Part shown: positions 40,589-53,774 of the stretch, one piece after another
Numbering within the stretch: position 1 is the stretch's first letter
Layout of the letters: every line of letters begins with the position of its first letter
Notes under the pieces: generated by a model
Seen by the model: the letters and a program-made list of their open reading frames with translations, nothing else
What the model was told of the DNA's origin: nothing
Database searches by the model: none
Source: Amoeboaphelidium protococcarum X5
Taxonomy: Eukaryota; Fungi; Aphelidiomycota
Direction of reading: 5' to 3'
Length of the DNA: 64,000 nt
NCBI GenBank assembly: GCA_023515725.1
Contig: JALDTO010000206.1
Location: forward strand, 392,189 to 456,188
Made by a program: the position numbers and the translations under genes

Positions 40589-41217
40589 ATTTTTCGACAA
40601 AGTGTGTTGGGTATTGAATGAACGTGAGAGAGTTGCGTGTTGTTAAATTCTTTCAATGGGAAAGAAATGATTCTTCAAACAGAGTATCAATCTTCTATCC
40701 CTAATCACATCATATAGAATAACTGAAATCTGTTCAGCTTTTAGAGATTATCAAACAAAATCAAATTGCCAGTTTCAAAGAATCGTTGGTGTTTTTGAAT
40801 GGTCAGAGACTAGCTATTATGCAAGTCGACCCAGCTTGGGGCTCAAACGGTGCAAACGAGCTCAAAAACTGTGCTGTTTGGATAACTTTTCTTAAATTGT
40901 GTCGAATTATTTGCAACTTTACAATATTACAGCATTAAATGTATGCTACAATTTACTTTAGAAAAAAGTTGGCACAATTGTCTCATTTTTCAACGCGAAA
41001 TAGAAACTTGATGTTTGCGGACTTCTCTAATTGTGCTCAAGCTTAACAATGAATTCCGTAGCATTTCCTGGCGTAACAAGTTACACCGTTGATTGCTAAT
41101 ACTTAAAAAATATCGCTTGGTCTTTAGTTCTGCATTATTGTCCTTCAATCTTTAAAGATTCCGCGAGACGCGTTTCAACTCAATTCTGTTTCAGCTGACT
41201 TTTCTTTTTTTGAAACG

Positions 41218-41253
<36 letters not shown>

Positions 41254-41313
41254 CTTTTATTTTATACTGTATTCAACCTGCAACAACTTGTCTACAATTT
41301 AGTTATCAATTAC

Positions 41314-44286
41314 ATGTTGAGCTCTTTTTAGGCACCCAAATTCCTATAGAGACTTCTCGGGTCTAGTGAAGACTTGAGTCGTAATAGGGAAGTTGCGAGT
41401 TCCAAGCCATTTCAAATCGAGATTGATCTGACGGGTGAAGATATTGATGCTGGTCGTCCATCTGCTGTTGAAATACTAGCTGGTGCGCAGACTATTGAAT
41501 TTTAGAGCACGTAAGAATTGCCACATTCTGATGATTAGTTACTTAGGCTGTTTCATACTTTATCGTGTCCTGTCTGTTTGCACCTCTTAGTGAGAGATGT
41601 TAATCCGGTATTATTGCAGTGTGGTCATTCTTTCTGCTCCTCATGTGTTTAAACGCTTCCAGTCTATAGTAGTAACTTGAAGTCTCAAGCTGATGGTGAA
41701 TTTATATGTTGTCCAGTGTGCAGAGTGAAAACTGAATTACGCAATGCCGATAGCTTGTAACCTGCTGATAGTGTTATTGCTTAATGTGAGAACATTCGAG
41801 AGTCTATTGTCATCTGTAATGAATGTGACGAGGCAAGCACTGAATTCTTCTGTCCGCAGTGTGAAATGTATTTATGTGTCTCGTGTACGCATCGTATACA
41901 CTCTGGAAGGGGTACTAGTAGACACATATTGTAGCCGTTTGAGTTGGACTGGCTGGATGGATAGCAGGAGAAGCTGCATTGTCGAGATCACGAGTAAAAG
42001 AAGGAACTCGTCAAGGGCACCACAATTTGTACTGATTGCGATGGTGCTCTATGCTTTGAGTGTAGTATTAGCTCCCGTCACAAGGGTCATGAAATCCAAA
42101 TGATCGACCGTGTCACTAGCTAGGTGCAATAGAGGTTGTAAAGTCTTCGTAAGTCTTTCAAGACGGAGTAGACTAAAATTGGCATTTCAAGGTCTCTGTT
42201 GAAGAAACACGTTAATCTATTGGAGCTCAATCATGTGGATGCTCGCCGCAATCTGAGATTAAGGTTTGACAATCTGAGACAGTTGCTGCAGTAGACGGAA
42301 ATCGCCATGTTGAGTGAAATTGATAATCAAGTCATCATGAAGAAGGATCAATTTGAGAAGTAGCTTAAATCCCTTTAGCTTGTCGATTGTGATCTGTCAA
42401 TGTAATTCAAGGTTGCTGGGAATGTGGCAAAGAGTCAGAATCCTTCAATGATGCTCTCAATGGGAAAAGATGTAATTAAAAGTTCTTAATCTATTTTAGA
42501 TGAGATGCCCAGTCTGGTTGCTGGTGTAGATATTCAAACCGAAGTGCCTTTGGATAATCTTAAAATGGTCCTGCAGTCTATAATTCATGATTTGCCTCAA
42601 TACGAAAGGCCTTTTGTGTCAAGGACAAGACAATTCAAAACTAGTAATCAAAGTAAGAAGTCGTTTGGAGGTAAAAGAAGGCACGAAGATGGTAAATAAG
42701 GTGAAGATGAAATTATCATGCTCTCCCCTAAACGGTTGAAATAGTCTGAATATGTTCAAAATCAACGTCGGCCGTCTATGGCTGATCTTGAGGAGTGGAA
42801 GAGAAGAGTGCTGGCTAACTTTATTGACTCTTCTTATCTGACTTTAAAACCAAAGAACTGGGAGCTGGTTTATGCTGGACACTAAAATGTTTTGGATTAG
42901 AGATATGATCGCAGGCTTATTTCAGTTTCTAATGCCATGTCCACTGATACTCCTACATCTGACGCCCAAAAGAATGACATTGTCTGGCAAAAAGGGTAAT
43001 TGAATGGTCTCCCTATTTTGTGTGATTCCAATAGTCATACTCGTAAATTCCATTTTACTAAGGATCATTTGGTCGTACTTAATTCAACAAGAAGTGTGGC
43101 TGTAATAATACAACGTGAGAATCCATAGAATAAGTTTATGCAAAGATTGCTGACACCCAGCGGATAAAATAATACTGACAACAACAAAGATGTATCTGAA
43201 GTTTCCTGTGCATCTTTTCTCATGTCCGCCGTAAATCCACTCGTGGTTAGTGGAAGTCCTACCATTGCTACTGGGCACTAGGATGGATCTCTTAGGTTTT
43301 GGACTATGCAGAATACAGCTGATAAGCCAAGCTTCGTTTGCATGGTCAGCGTATAGGCACATAGCAAGTAAGTGGCATATATTAACGGATATGATTCTTG
43401 CTTTGCTTCGTGCACTGTGGATGGTGATATGGCAATTTGGAAGTTTCCAACCGGGCAGCGAGATCGTGCCGATTTGAAGACGTTATTACAGTCGACCGTT
43501 AGTCAATAGTTGGACAGGGTGTAGGTACAGTTTCTGGAGGCAAACTCTGCTGGGTTTTTTGTGGGATTGAGTAATGGCGTTGTGGCTCTGGTTAGTGCCG
43601 AGGGAAAGCTGAAGCATGCTTTTGTTGAGCCTGAAATGTCGCCACTGAAAGCTCGTCGTGAACAGGTTGATTAATCTGGCTCTTCAACAGGACATGGAAA
43701 TGGTGATAGTCACCGCGGTGAGAATGAAGATCTAAATGCCAGACCATTCAGTCCAAGGTCTCATATCGCTGTCTCTCGTCCAGTCTGTGCTTTAACCAAG
43801 CGCTACCTGTTCGTATCCAGCTATCAAGATCCTTATTCTATTTGTGTTTACGACATTGCGGCTGCATTAGACGCTGGAAAAGCTCCATACTCTGGAAAGT
43901 CTGTGGGATTCCTGTATCGTCTTGCTGCCCACGATATCGTTCCTCGTAATGCCTACCTTAAATCTATTTCAATCACAATGTCTGGACTGAAACTACTTGC
44001 TTATTTCGCTATTGATTAGCCTTCATCCAGAACAGGTAATAGCAGTGAGAGTACTTATCCTGACTTGCCATCAACTTCGTAATCTGAATTCTACGTTCTC
44101 TGGAATTTCGCTGCAGATGAAGACGCCGCTCTTAATTGCGAATACGTTAGATTACAGAGCCTTGACAATACTGCAACTTCTTGCTTTGGCTGGTACTTGA
44201 AGCAGGTGAAAGATGACAGATAGCAACAATAATAGCCTGGAGAAGAATTCCGCGTCAAGAATGTCCTGTGTCGTATTCTAAAGTGA
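41314..44286 (+). CDS. TRIM/RBCC-like protein: RING + two B-boxes + coiled coil + C-terminal beta-rich region (~990 aa)
   Basis: CPVC..LQCGHSFCSSC..CPVCR; CNEC..CPQC..LCVSC..IH..H; CRDH..CTDC..LCFEC..HKGH. Confidence 0.8.
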
Positions 44287-44384
44287 TAATTGCTTCCGTG
44301 TAATAATGTCATTAACTAGCAAGATGAATGTTATAAACCGAACTGTATACTTCTATAATGACATCAATCTATTATTATAGTCTA

Positions 44385-45465
44385 TCATTGTTATCGAATA
44401 CGTTACTTCTGCTATAATTATTGTTGCACAAAATAGCGCTTGCCCATCTCGTAAGTCACGATCATTATGGCACATGATGGGGCAACTTTCAAAACTCTAG
44501 GACCACTGCCAGTCATTAATCCACTCCATCCTTCAGTGCGGTATATGTCTCGCAATATGGGTATCATGCGCGATCTTCCCTCCCCATTGTGCATCTACCG
44601 CCTAGTCTTTACCACATCAAACGGTGTTGTAATATAAGCCGCAACAGAGCCACTCGCAGCGCCCGCAACAAAGTCTGCCATAACTTATTTGTATTCAGAG
44701 CCAGGATCATCATGATTTAACTAGTACCGCTGCTTTAAATCTGATCTAATGCTCTCATACCCATACCAATACAGTGCTGAAAACGGAACATCACGCCACA
44801 ATGTCGGTGACAGACCACGCCAAAGAGACAGCCGCCCCTGCGAGCGGACCATTTATTTAATCTCATCAGTGATTTCAGCTAATGAGGACGTAGAATGACC
44901 ACTTTACTATATCCTCGTCCTAAACAATTCCAATGGAGATATACAAACCGCGGCGACACTACGCGAAAATGAACCGGCCATCAGAGGAGTATATTACTAT
45001 AGAGACGCATCCAGGCGCGCATTCATCAAATCTCGACAATTCTCATAGCCAACCATATAGATTACAGTGGCAGGTATTCCCATTAAGAGTGTCGCACCAA
45101 GTCCACGCCATAATTTGATTACACCTTCATCTCGCGCGATTTTCATCATTTGTTACACGGTGCTAATCTACTATTACAACCGTTACTACTACTATATTTG
45201 AGTGGTCGGCTATTTTACTTCAGATTAGATACTCTACTTTAGCGATGACTGGAGCCTGATTCTCACCACATCTAACGGGTTAACTACACATTTTATAGTC
45301 AGGTAAAATCGTAAGATCTTTATGGGATATCATTTATAAATACCTACCTAATAAAGCAGTGAGACAAGATCCAGCAAGAGCACTTAAAGCTCGCTAGTAA
45401 TTAGACACGCTGTACTACTACTTGTGTATATCAGTATGCTGCGAAATTACCACTTCCTCCTCCAT
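44385..45465 (-). CDS. Mitochondrial carrier, SLC25A39/40 (MTM1)-like; one intron near 45290-45345
   Basis: NPLDVVRIRLQ, LWRGLGATLLMGIPATVIY, LWRDVPFSALYW, TTPFDVVKTRRQ. Confidence 0.85.
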
Positions 45466-45640
45466 ATGATTAGACTTTAAGACGTCGATATTTTCAGACC
45501 GATTGTGAAAAGTCGATGATGGAGATGATGGCGAAGAATAAAGCTCCCCTCTTCTTCTTTTGAAAGGAGAGATATAAAATGTTGATGAAGATCTTACTTG
45601 AATCTACACAGTAGAACTCAGATGACTTTTAATCATTTTT

Positions 45641-46080
45641 ATGTATATCTTTTTGATGTATCTCTTTTCTTCAAGCTACGACAAGTATCCCCATCACTCT
45701 GCTGATGTGGCAAAGGAGATTGATGGACTATTTAAGTGTGGCGAGCTGTCGGCGTTAGTAACCACTAGTTCCATTGCTATTGCCGTTTATATTTCTGGCG
45801 TTAGAATTGTAATCCACTGTGGTCGTGGCTATACTTTTCTAGACCACATACAAGACGCTGGACGTGGCGGCCGCAATGGTTCTTATACTGTCTGTTTGCT
45901 GGTTGATCATGGCTGCACTAACCTGATCCGGCCAAGTTCGCTAGTCTGGTCGATTACTGCGAGAATTCCACCTCTGCCGCAGGTAGCTGATATACAGGGA
46001 ATTCGATCTTCAGATTGATGAAGACTGCTTGGAATGGGAAGTGGAACCGTGTGCTGTCTTCTGTCTAGATTGTCCTCCGT
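45641..46080 (+). pseudogene. Degenerate RecQ-like helicase C-terminal and Zn-binding fragment
   Basis: ALVTTSSIAIAVYISGVRIVIH..FLDHIQDAGRGGRNG..CLL (decayed motifs V/VI), then frameshifted CRRQLI..FD..C..C..FCLDC. Confidence 0.65.
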
Positions 46081-46210
46081 AGCCAATCGAGCGAAGAATC
46101 GGCGTTGTCGTAGTGATAATAGAGTTGGATCATGATTTCACCTTGCTGGTGTGGAATCAAAGCAGCTAATAGTTAAGCTCTCTGAGAGCTGAAATACGGC
46201 GGCTCGTATG

Positions 46211-46223
46211 ATGAAAAATACAG
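46211..46223 (-). repeat. Third copy of the Fanzor-element terminal repeat
   Basis: ATGAAAAATACAG|TAA; 15-nt exact match to 11752-11766. Confidence 0.6.
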
Positions 46224-46225
46224 TA

Positions 46226-47560
46226 ATGTCAAATCAATACGAATATATATCAACATATAGCCTCTGACCATCTGAAACGCGCCAGAAAATTGATTAAGCT
46301 AAGACTTAAAAGTATATTTAATAAATGCTATATAATAGCGTCACTACAATCTCTACTATTAGGTCTTTTAGAAAATCCTCAGGTGAATAAAAAAGCAGAC
46401 CGAAGTACATTAGTGTCTACAGAAGTGTTTGAAAAACAGAAGTAAAGATTGCTAAATGATGAGCCGCGGATGTCTGATTTGCTGTAATTTGTATCAAACA
46501 TTTGTGAGTATCTCTCAAATATCTTTAAGGGCCAATTCAAGGTAAAGCATCCAATTGTTGGGATTAAGAATTACAAGCGTTACTCGTACATGTACTTGAA
46601 GATATTTCAACGTTGTAACTCTGAGCTGGTGCGTTCTTAATGGAAAAGCTTCACCTTGCTGCCAGTCGTGGCTAATAGAAGGGCATTTGCCCATTTCACA
46701 GCCGCTGGTATAAGATTAATATTTGATGATGCTAACTTAGAGTTTAAAGATATTTGTCGCGCACCCAAGGTGAAGAAGGCGAAATGGATAAAAGTCTGCA
46801 CGAAGGGGTTCTCCGTTCACTTTCTATATGAATATGATTAGCAGCACTAAAACTTGGCGCCACAAGTCATTCATTGCGTCGAAGTAATTAAATCCTCACG
46901 CGCTGCAGTGGCACATAAGATGCAGTTTAGTTAGTACAATCTTGACACAAGTTCCAAGTACATGGAGATCAAATCCACTAAAGTATCTGACTCAATGTCA
47001 GAAGATTAAGCGAATAATATGCCTGATCTGGAATCTAGCTCAAAGGTGGTTAATTAACCTCTTAACTATTTGTCTCAATCTTGGAGAAAAAATCCTGGGA
47101 AGTGTCAAGTAATAACTTTGAATTACATTAGGAAGCGGAGTCCGAAGCTGATAATTAGGCGGGGTCTGCGGATGAATCAAGGGATACGTCTGGGTCAGAA
47201 TCTGGTGGTGATTATGGTCAAACGGCGTCTAATTCTTGCAAACTCGTTCAGATACTGGTATATTCTTGTGGATTGTGGCGTGATTTAAATAATTAGACTT
47301 AATAACAGAATGCTAAAAGTATAAGGGAAGTTAAATTAACGTATTTACATATTACCCGAACCGTTTTTTCTTATCATAATCTCAAGTGTAAGAGCTAGTG
47401 AAAGAATGGCCAGAGCGTGGGAAGATAATATACGATCTGAATCAATTCACACCATCATGGAAAAGGATGTTAAGGTAAACATTGCTGTTGATCCCGGCTT
47501 GAAAAGTGATTTAGCGTTCAATGGATCTGGGCTAAAGTAGTAAAACTTCCCCGTCAAGGT
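46226..47560 (+). pseudogene. Fanzor relic (REC/WED region through RuvC-I), 5'-truncated and frameshifted
   Basis: NIYQHIASDHLKR, KSFTLLP..AFAHFT, VCTKGFSVHFLYE (compare SITSDGVGCSASV), KVNIAVDPG at ~47475-47500. Confidence 0.55.
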
Positions 47561-48749
47561 AATTCCCTTCAATAAGTAGTAAATCGGTGTTGGAATCTGA
47601 ATGTATTCACGGAATCGTGATCAATCGTTTCAGTTATAAAAATACCAAGATAATACGGATCAAGGTTGATTAGCTGACATTCATATTAATCTTGGCGAAC
47701 AACCTCTGTTTAGAATGAACAATGAAGTTCTTCCTGTTGATGAAGGTGCCAAATTTAATGGGAACAACTTGTTGAAGAGGGACAACTTTTTAAAGATATT
47801 TGCAAACGACCACAGAACAAATACATAGGTTAACACCATTTATACTATACTTGAAAATTCAACATCAACTTACTAGCTCCAGCTGATAAATGAAAATTTT
47901 TTGGCTGATTATGGGTCTCTCTAGATTGTAAAGACGAAATAGTATAGAATATAGAGAATACTTTAACTTTTCGCTTTGACTGACCACTATGTAGTGTAAT
48001 TTCATATCCATGATGACATTATCAAGCTGTCGATGCTTCATTGCGTTTTGATTGGACATCACTTTTGCACAAGGCGTGGCCCAAAACAACTTGTGGGATT
48101 TACACACGTGTTATCAGATCATCGCACGATTCATCAACGCTCAATGTGGAATTACACGTGATTTGACATGTGCATTAGTATTTCACGATTTTTGAGCCAT
48201 GATGTCCTTTTTATTATGATTAAATCATTAACATTGGACTGAAATACTTCATTTGGATTCGCCATGAAAAGCTTTATGTGGCCTCTACTCGCTGCCTTGG
48301 TATCATCTGCTAATCTGCCGCATGATGGTTCTTCAAGCAATCAGGATGTTGGCGCTTAAACTGGGTTTAGTGATCTGCCTGCACAGTTTATTCACAGTGT
48401 GGCGCTTGAATCTGAGAATCCCGGGGTGATTGGTGTCAATAAGGCTACCCGTGACATTTATCAAGGAAACGCGTAGTTGAGTGGAGAATTGGCGCACAAG
48501 ACTGACCGTGAAAAGCAGTATCTCATCTCAGTGTTCAGAAGAAGAAGAAAATTTATTAAACACAAGTCACGATTAGTTATAAGAGCAACCAACCACTACA
48601 ACACATACCATCCCCTTTTCCTCCCCGTATCGACGATATCGGCTACCGAAGTAGACGCACTCGCGAGGAGTAGCTATTACGCGGTTCTGGCACAACATTC
48701 TTGCGAACATCGGTGCGTGACTTAACCTCCAAGAAGAAAGATACGTCTT

Positions 48750-51700
48750 TCACATATGTGTTTGAGTGTTGGATTGGGTTTCCTCCACTCGTTCATCGTC
48801 TAATTACTGTCTTCTTCTTTACAATTGTCTTGCTAATTATTTTTCCTATTATTGCCGTTGTTGTTTATTGTTCTGACGCGTTAAATTCCTTATAGTCTCC
48901 TTGATCCCCATTTTATTACATCTGCGTTTCCAAATCATATCATAGAACGCGTCTATCCAGCACGTTTTGGCGTATTTGAGCCACATTATGGCCTTTGTCC
49001 TCTTCATTTAAAGTAATCTTATTGTGTTTTGTACCATCTGTTCGTTTATGATGAGTTATGTATGTGTGTTGTGTATTGGTCTAGTTCGGCGAACTCCTAA
49101 AATATCTCTTAATTTGCTTGTTGACGGTTTCCACTTATCTTTATTTAGTTTCCTCCAATCGTAGTCTGTTGATAGTCTTGTCGCTGCAAGTTCTTCGAAT
49201 TTGGATACTAACTCCGCCCAGTTATTGATCGTATCTTCACATTGCCATAAGTGATCCTGTGTTTCAATCTCCTTGTTGCATCGCGTACATTTATCTTCTT
49301 GGTCGATTTTCATTTTCTTCAGCTTATTTCTCGTTGGGAGTTGTTTGTTCAGCATCTTTATTCTGAAAGCTTGTGCTGATGCGCGGGTACAGTCGTATCT
49401 GCTCTAGTTGCCTAGTCCTAATCTTGTCAGACTGATGGTATCGTTAATGAGCATGTTTTATTACTCTGTATACAAGACTTTTAGGCGTTATTCCGCTTCT
49501 ATTTCCGTTGTGGTTTATATTCTGGATTTTAGTAACTTCGCGATATTCATGTCCATCAGATTGTCGTGCGAGTCTTGCAATAGGCGTGGCTGTTTGTCTA
49601 TAAATTAGATGTCTGTTGGTATTACATCATTTTTTGTTCTGGCTTCGTTTGCTGCCCTGTCTGCTAGTTCATTTTATTCTATTCCTGAATGTGCCTTTAC
49701 TTTAATCAGTATTGGTTATTGATCAAACCGCTGTATCTATTACTTTATGGCTATTATGTGCCCATGGTTGGCTTGTTTGAACGTGCGTCTAGTTATCGAC
49801 TTCTCTTTAAGGTGTTTTTTTATGCCATCGATGGCTGCCTGTGAGTCTGTATGTATTTGTACTTAGCAGTTGCTATTCACCCTCTCTAATCCCGTTAGTA
49901 TCGCTTGCAGTTCTGCTTTTGTTGATGACGGATTTGATGCTGTTGGTTTTACGTATATAGTGTCTATATATCGTCCCAAATCGTCGCAGACTATCACTCC
50001 CGATCCCATAATTCCATTTTCGTCTAGTGATCCGTCCGTGTATAATTTGATCGTTTCATGGTCTCCGAATTTCTGCTCATGTTCTTGTACTTCTCCGTTT
50101 ATTAGCCGTCTCTTCACTTTGTGTTTCTTATCCGGGTTGGCTATATCTATCTCATCTGGCTGTTCTATAATATTTTTAATAGTTGCTACAAACCATTCTG
50201 CTGCTTCGTAGTCTTCACCTGCTACCTCTCTTCTTCTTTTTTTGATGCGCTTGTCTGTTGCAATGTTGTAATATGAATTGACTATGTCTTATCTTCTTCC
50301 TGTTAGTATGTCTTGCAGTCCTGATATTCTATGGATACATATGTCTTATATATATTATTAGTAATCACTCCTGTCCATCATTTGAAATAGTGGGTCTATT
50401 TTTTCGTTGTATGTTATTGACCAGCCGTGTTTCTTTAGCATTTTGACTAGGTATGTTATGAAGTAGTTTTTAGACGCCATTTTGAAATCTGTGTTTGGGA
50501 CGTGTAGAATGTCTGTTGGGAGTTGTATCTTTCCGGTCCAGTCCTTAACTACTGCTTAAAGCAGCTTACCTTGTATTGACTCCTAGTTAATCCATGTAAG
50601 TACGTCTGTTACTGCTTTCTGTACTATCTTCGAGGCTATATTCATCATTTTGATTCCATATTCTTAGTGTTCTAGTACGTGATTTGGCATATTCCGAGGT
50701 AGTTGCCATCTCGATCTGATTGTTTTCCTTGCTATTGTCTCTAGTTTGAGCAGGCACTAGTTCGATATTGGTATGAGTTGTGTCACGTATTGTATCCTTG
50801 GTATTATGACTTGGTTGAACATTCTGACTGCGGTTTTGTTTGGTATAAGTTTTGTTGATAGTTGGTTACATGCTAGAATTGTTGCCTGTTAGATTTTCCT
50901 TTCCACTGCTTTGTGGTTAGTACCCATTGTCATAGTGAGTCCGAGAATCTTTACGGTATCATTACGATTTTTGATATCATGTATTGGTTCTCCTTGAAGT
51001 TTAAATTCAATTCCTGTCTGTTATGCGATCGCCTTTGTGTTCTTCTAGTTAGTGTGGACGTTGCTTTTGTGTGCGCTTATTTTCATATGGTTCATTGTTA
51101 AGTAAGACGATATTATATCGAGCTGGTTCTATAGATCTTACAGTGATTCGCTGACTGGTGTCGCATCGTCTGCAAATGCTGTTGTTTTGATACTTATTTC
51201 GTCGTTGTATCTGTATCCTGTGCATTCTCGTTCTATCCTACAGAGCATGGCGTCGTAAAATATAGTCCATAGTATCGGGCTTATTACATCTCCTTGTGGG
51301 AGTCCCCTTCCTGGTGTAAATGGTTTCGAGAATCCTTGCGGTGTTTTGACTTATATTTGCCGTTGAGTCATCATGTTCATTATAAAATTGATTGCTTTCT
51401 ATGGTAATTTAATTCTGTGTAGCGCTTTTAGCAGTCCATCCTTTGAAAGGGTGTCGTAAGCTTTTTACACATCTATTTATGCTATTGCTATGAGCTTCTT
51501 CCGTAAGTTTGCGTCATCAGTGAGGAGTCGCAGTGTCATTAAAGAATCTGCAGTGCTTTTTCCTGTTCTGAATCCGTTATTATGCCCTCTTAGGATGTCG
51601 TGGTTATCAAAGGTCTTTGTAAGTCTCGCTGTAAAGATTGCGGAGTATAGTTTTTTAAAGGACTCCAGTAGTGTTATTGGTCTCATTTTTGATAGGTTAC

Positions 51701-53774
51701 CATTATGGTCTTTTACTTTTGGAAGTAGTATCATTGTTCCCAGTTGGTCTCCTTTAGGTATTTCTCCTGTTTACAAGATCGTATTGATTAAGTCGCGCAT
51801 ATATTCTAGGACGTGCTGCTCGTCTATCAGTTACAGAATCTCGTTTGATATTCGCGATGGTCCTGGAGTCTTGCCCTTGGGGAGTAGTTTGATCCTCTCT
51901 TTTAGTTCTTCTATCGACACGTCGTCCATGAGATGTTCGTACCATGCCTACTAAATATATTCTTTTGGTGTCATTTCCTCTCTCCATTCCTCGTTTATTT
52001 CCACGGTTTCCGGCGTGTAATCATTTAAGTCTGCGTTTCCCATTAGCGAGATCTGGAAGTCTCTAGCCTTTTCGCTAACTTTTACGGGATCGGTGATTAT
52101 TTCTTTTGATTCTTGGTCAACTATGTAGTGTAGCCCGTCAAATTAAATTCTTTTACCGAACGTTGCATTAATTTGATTTTTCTGATTCTTTTCATATTCC
52201 ATTTGCCATTTGAGTCTTTATTTCTTTAATGCTTTCCTTGCTTGCTCCGCACATTCTTGTAGAATCTTTTCGGCCACTAGATTTAGTAAAGCCTTGTGGC
52301 TGTGGCCACTTGTTTCAACGCGATGTTTCTGAACCCAATGTTGTATTTTGTTTAATTAATGAGTGGCGAGGGGAACTTACTCTTTCAATTGGAACAACAT
52401 AGCTTTAATCTCAATCATGTCTGCTCTTACATTTGGGCGTCTTTTGACGCGAATCCGGCCCTCTCCGCTTTCATCGACGTGCAAGAACATATTATTGTGC
52501 TCTATCGCGTACCATAGGGCTTAGTTAAGGTGTTTGTATCTATCGTTTAAGTCTCCATGTTGTTAGTTTGCCGTCAATTGTTATAGTTTGGCTTTTAGAT
52601 CTTGATTAAATTTGGTTCTGTTGGCATTGTATTCTTCGTTCTCTTGGATGAGAATCCTTTTTGATGTTTTCTTTTGTAGTTTGATTAAATTTCTCTGATA
52701 ATCGGCTTTGAGCGTCAAGGTAATCCCCTTGTGGTGTGAGCTTTCCAGAGGTATCATGTCTGTAATATCCGTGTATTCCGTTTAACGGATTACTTTTTCA
52801 CTTACTAGAAAGTAGTCGAGTCTTGCTTTAGATGTAGAGCCTTCTTTTTGCCCCACTTCGTGTGTGTATTGTTTTTCGAGAGGATTCTGGATTCTCCACA
52901 CGTCGTGCAGTTGCTTTTATTGAAGTCCTGGTCTTGTGAGGAGTCGGATCAAGTCTCCATTGTTTCTCGTTACTGGCGTGTATTCTTCTCCGTCTTATCT
53001 AGTGCTGATCCTATCATCTTTCCTGTCCATCACGTAGTTCCAATCGCCGCCAAAGATGATCATATCGCATCGCTAGGATTCTTCAGAGAATATGTCTTTC
53101 ATTCTTTCGAAGAGGATTGTACGTAGAGGTTTATTATCGTTATTGGAACTGACTGGGTAATAAAAAGCCCCGATCAAATACTTCTTGTTTTCTCTATAGA
53201 ATTTTACTATGGTCGCCATACCGGGTATTTTAATTGCACCTTGATAATAAGGCTACCACGATTTGTGGTAGAGGATTGCAGTTCCTTTGCCGGTTAATCG
53301 GTCTAATTCGTTTTCGCCGTCTGATACTACGTTGTAATAATCACTTAAGTTAACCGTCTTCGATTTATTACAGTCGAGGTTCCACCATTTGTACAATTAA
53401 GTCTACGCGTTGGTCCATGTTTCGGACATCAGAAAGAAATCTATTGGGTGTCCTGTTTCCATCGCGTTTATAAGCTCTTCATCGATACATTTGAGTTTGA
53501 ATGCAATTTCTTCACTTCCTAGGCATCTTATGCTCCCCATATTCTGGTGTTTTACTATGAGTTTTGTGTTTGCTCCGACCGATTCTGCTAAATTTTCACG
53601 TTCGTTTCTGGATAAATCTGTTTGATCAATAACTAAGCTTGGTGTTTGCGAAGCTCTATTTTACGCGTTCTGGCTTATTTCGGATTGAGAAAACTCTGTA
53701 TTTTCGTCGAAGCTATTACTTATTTCCTTCACCTATTAATCCCTATTCTGAGTCTCCGGTTCTTACTCACTCAT
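48750..53774 (-). CDS. LINE ORF2: APE endonuclease + reverse transcriptase + RNase H + Cys/His zinc motif (~1670 aa)
   Basis: DFFLMSETW, FGGDWN, RLDYF, MRPITLLE, GLPQGDVISP, AFADD, LYTDGS, VKAHSG, CTRC..ETQDHLWQC; all checked pieces share one frame. Confidence 0.88.

Noticed and set aside
44287-44361. Apparent CaaX-like CILL ending for the TRIM-like protein
   Set aside because: An in-frame TGA at 44284-44286 ends the CDS earlier
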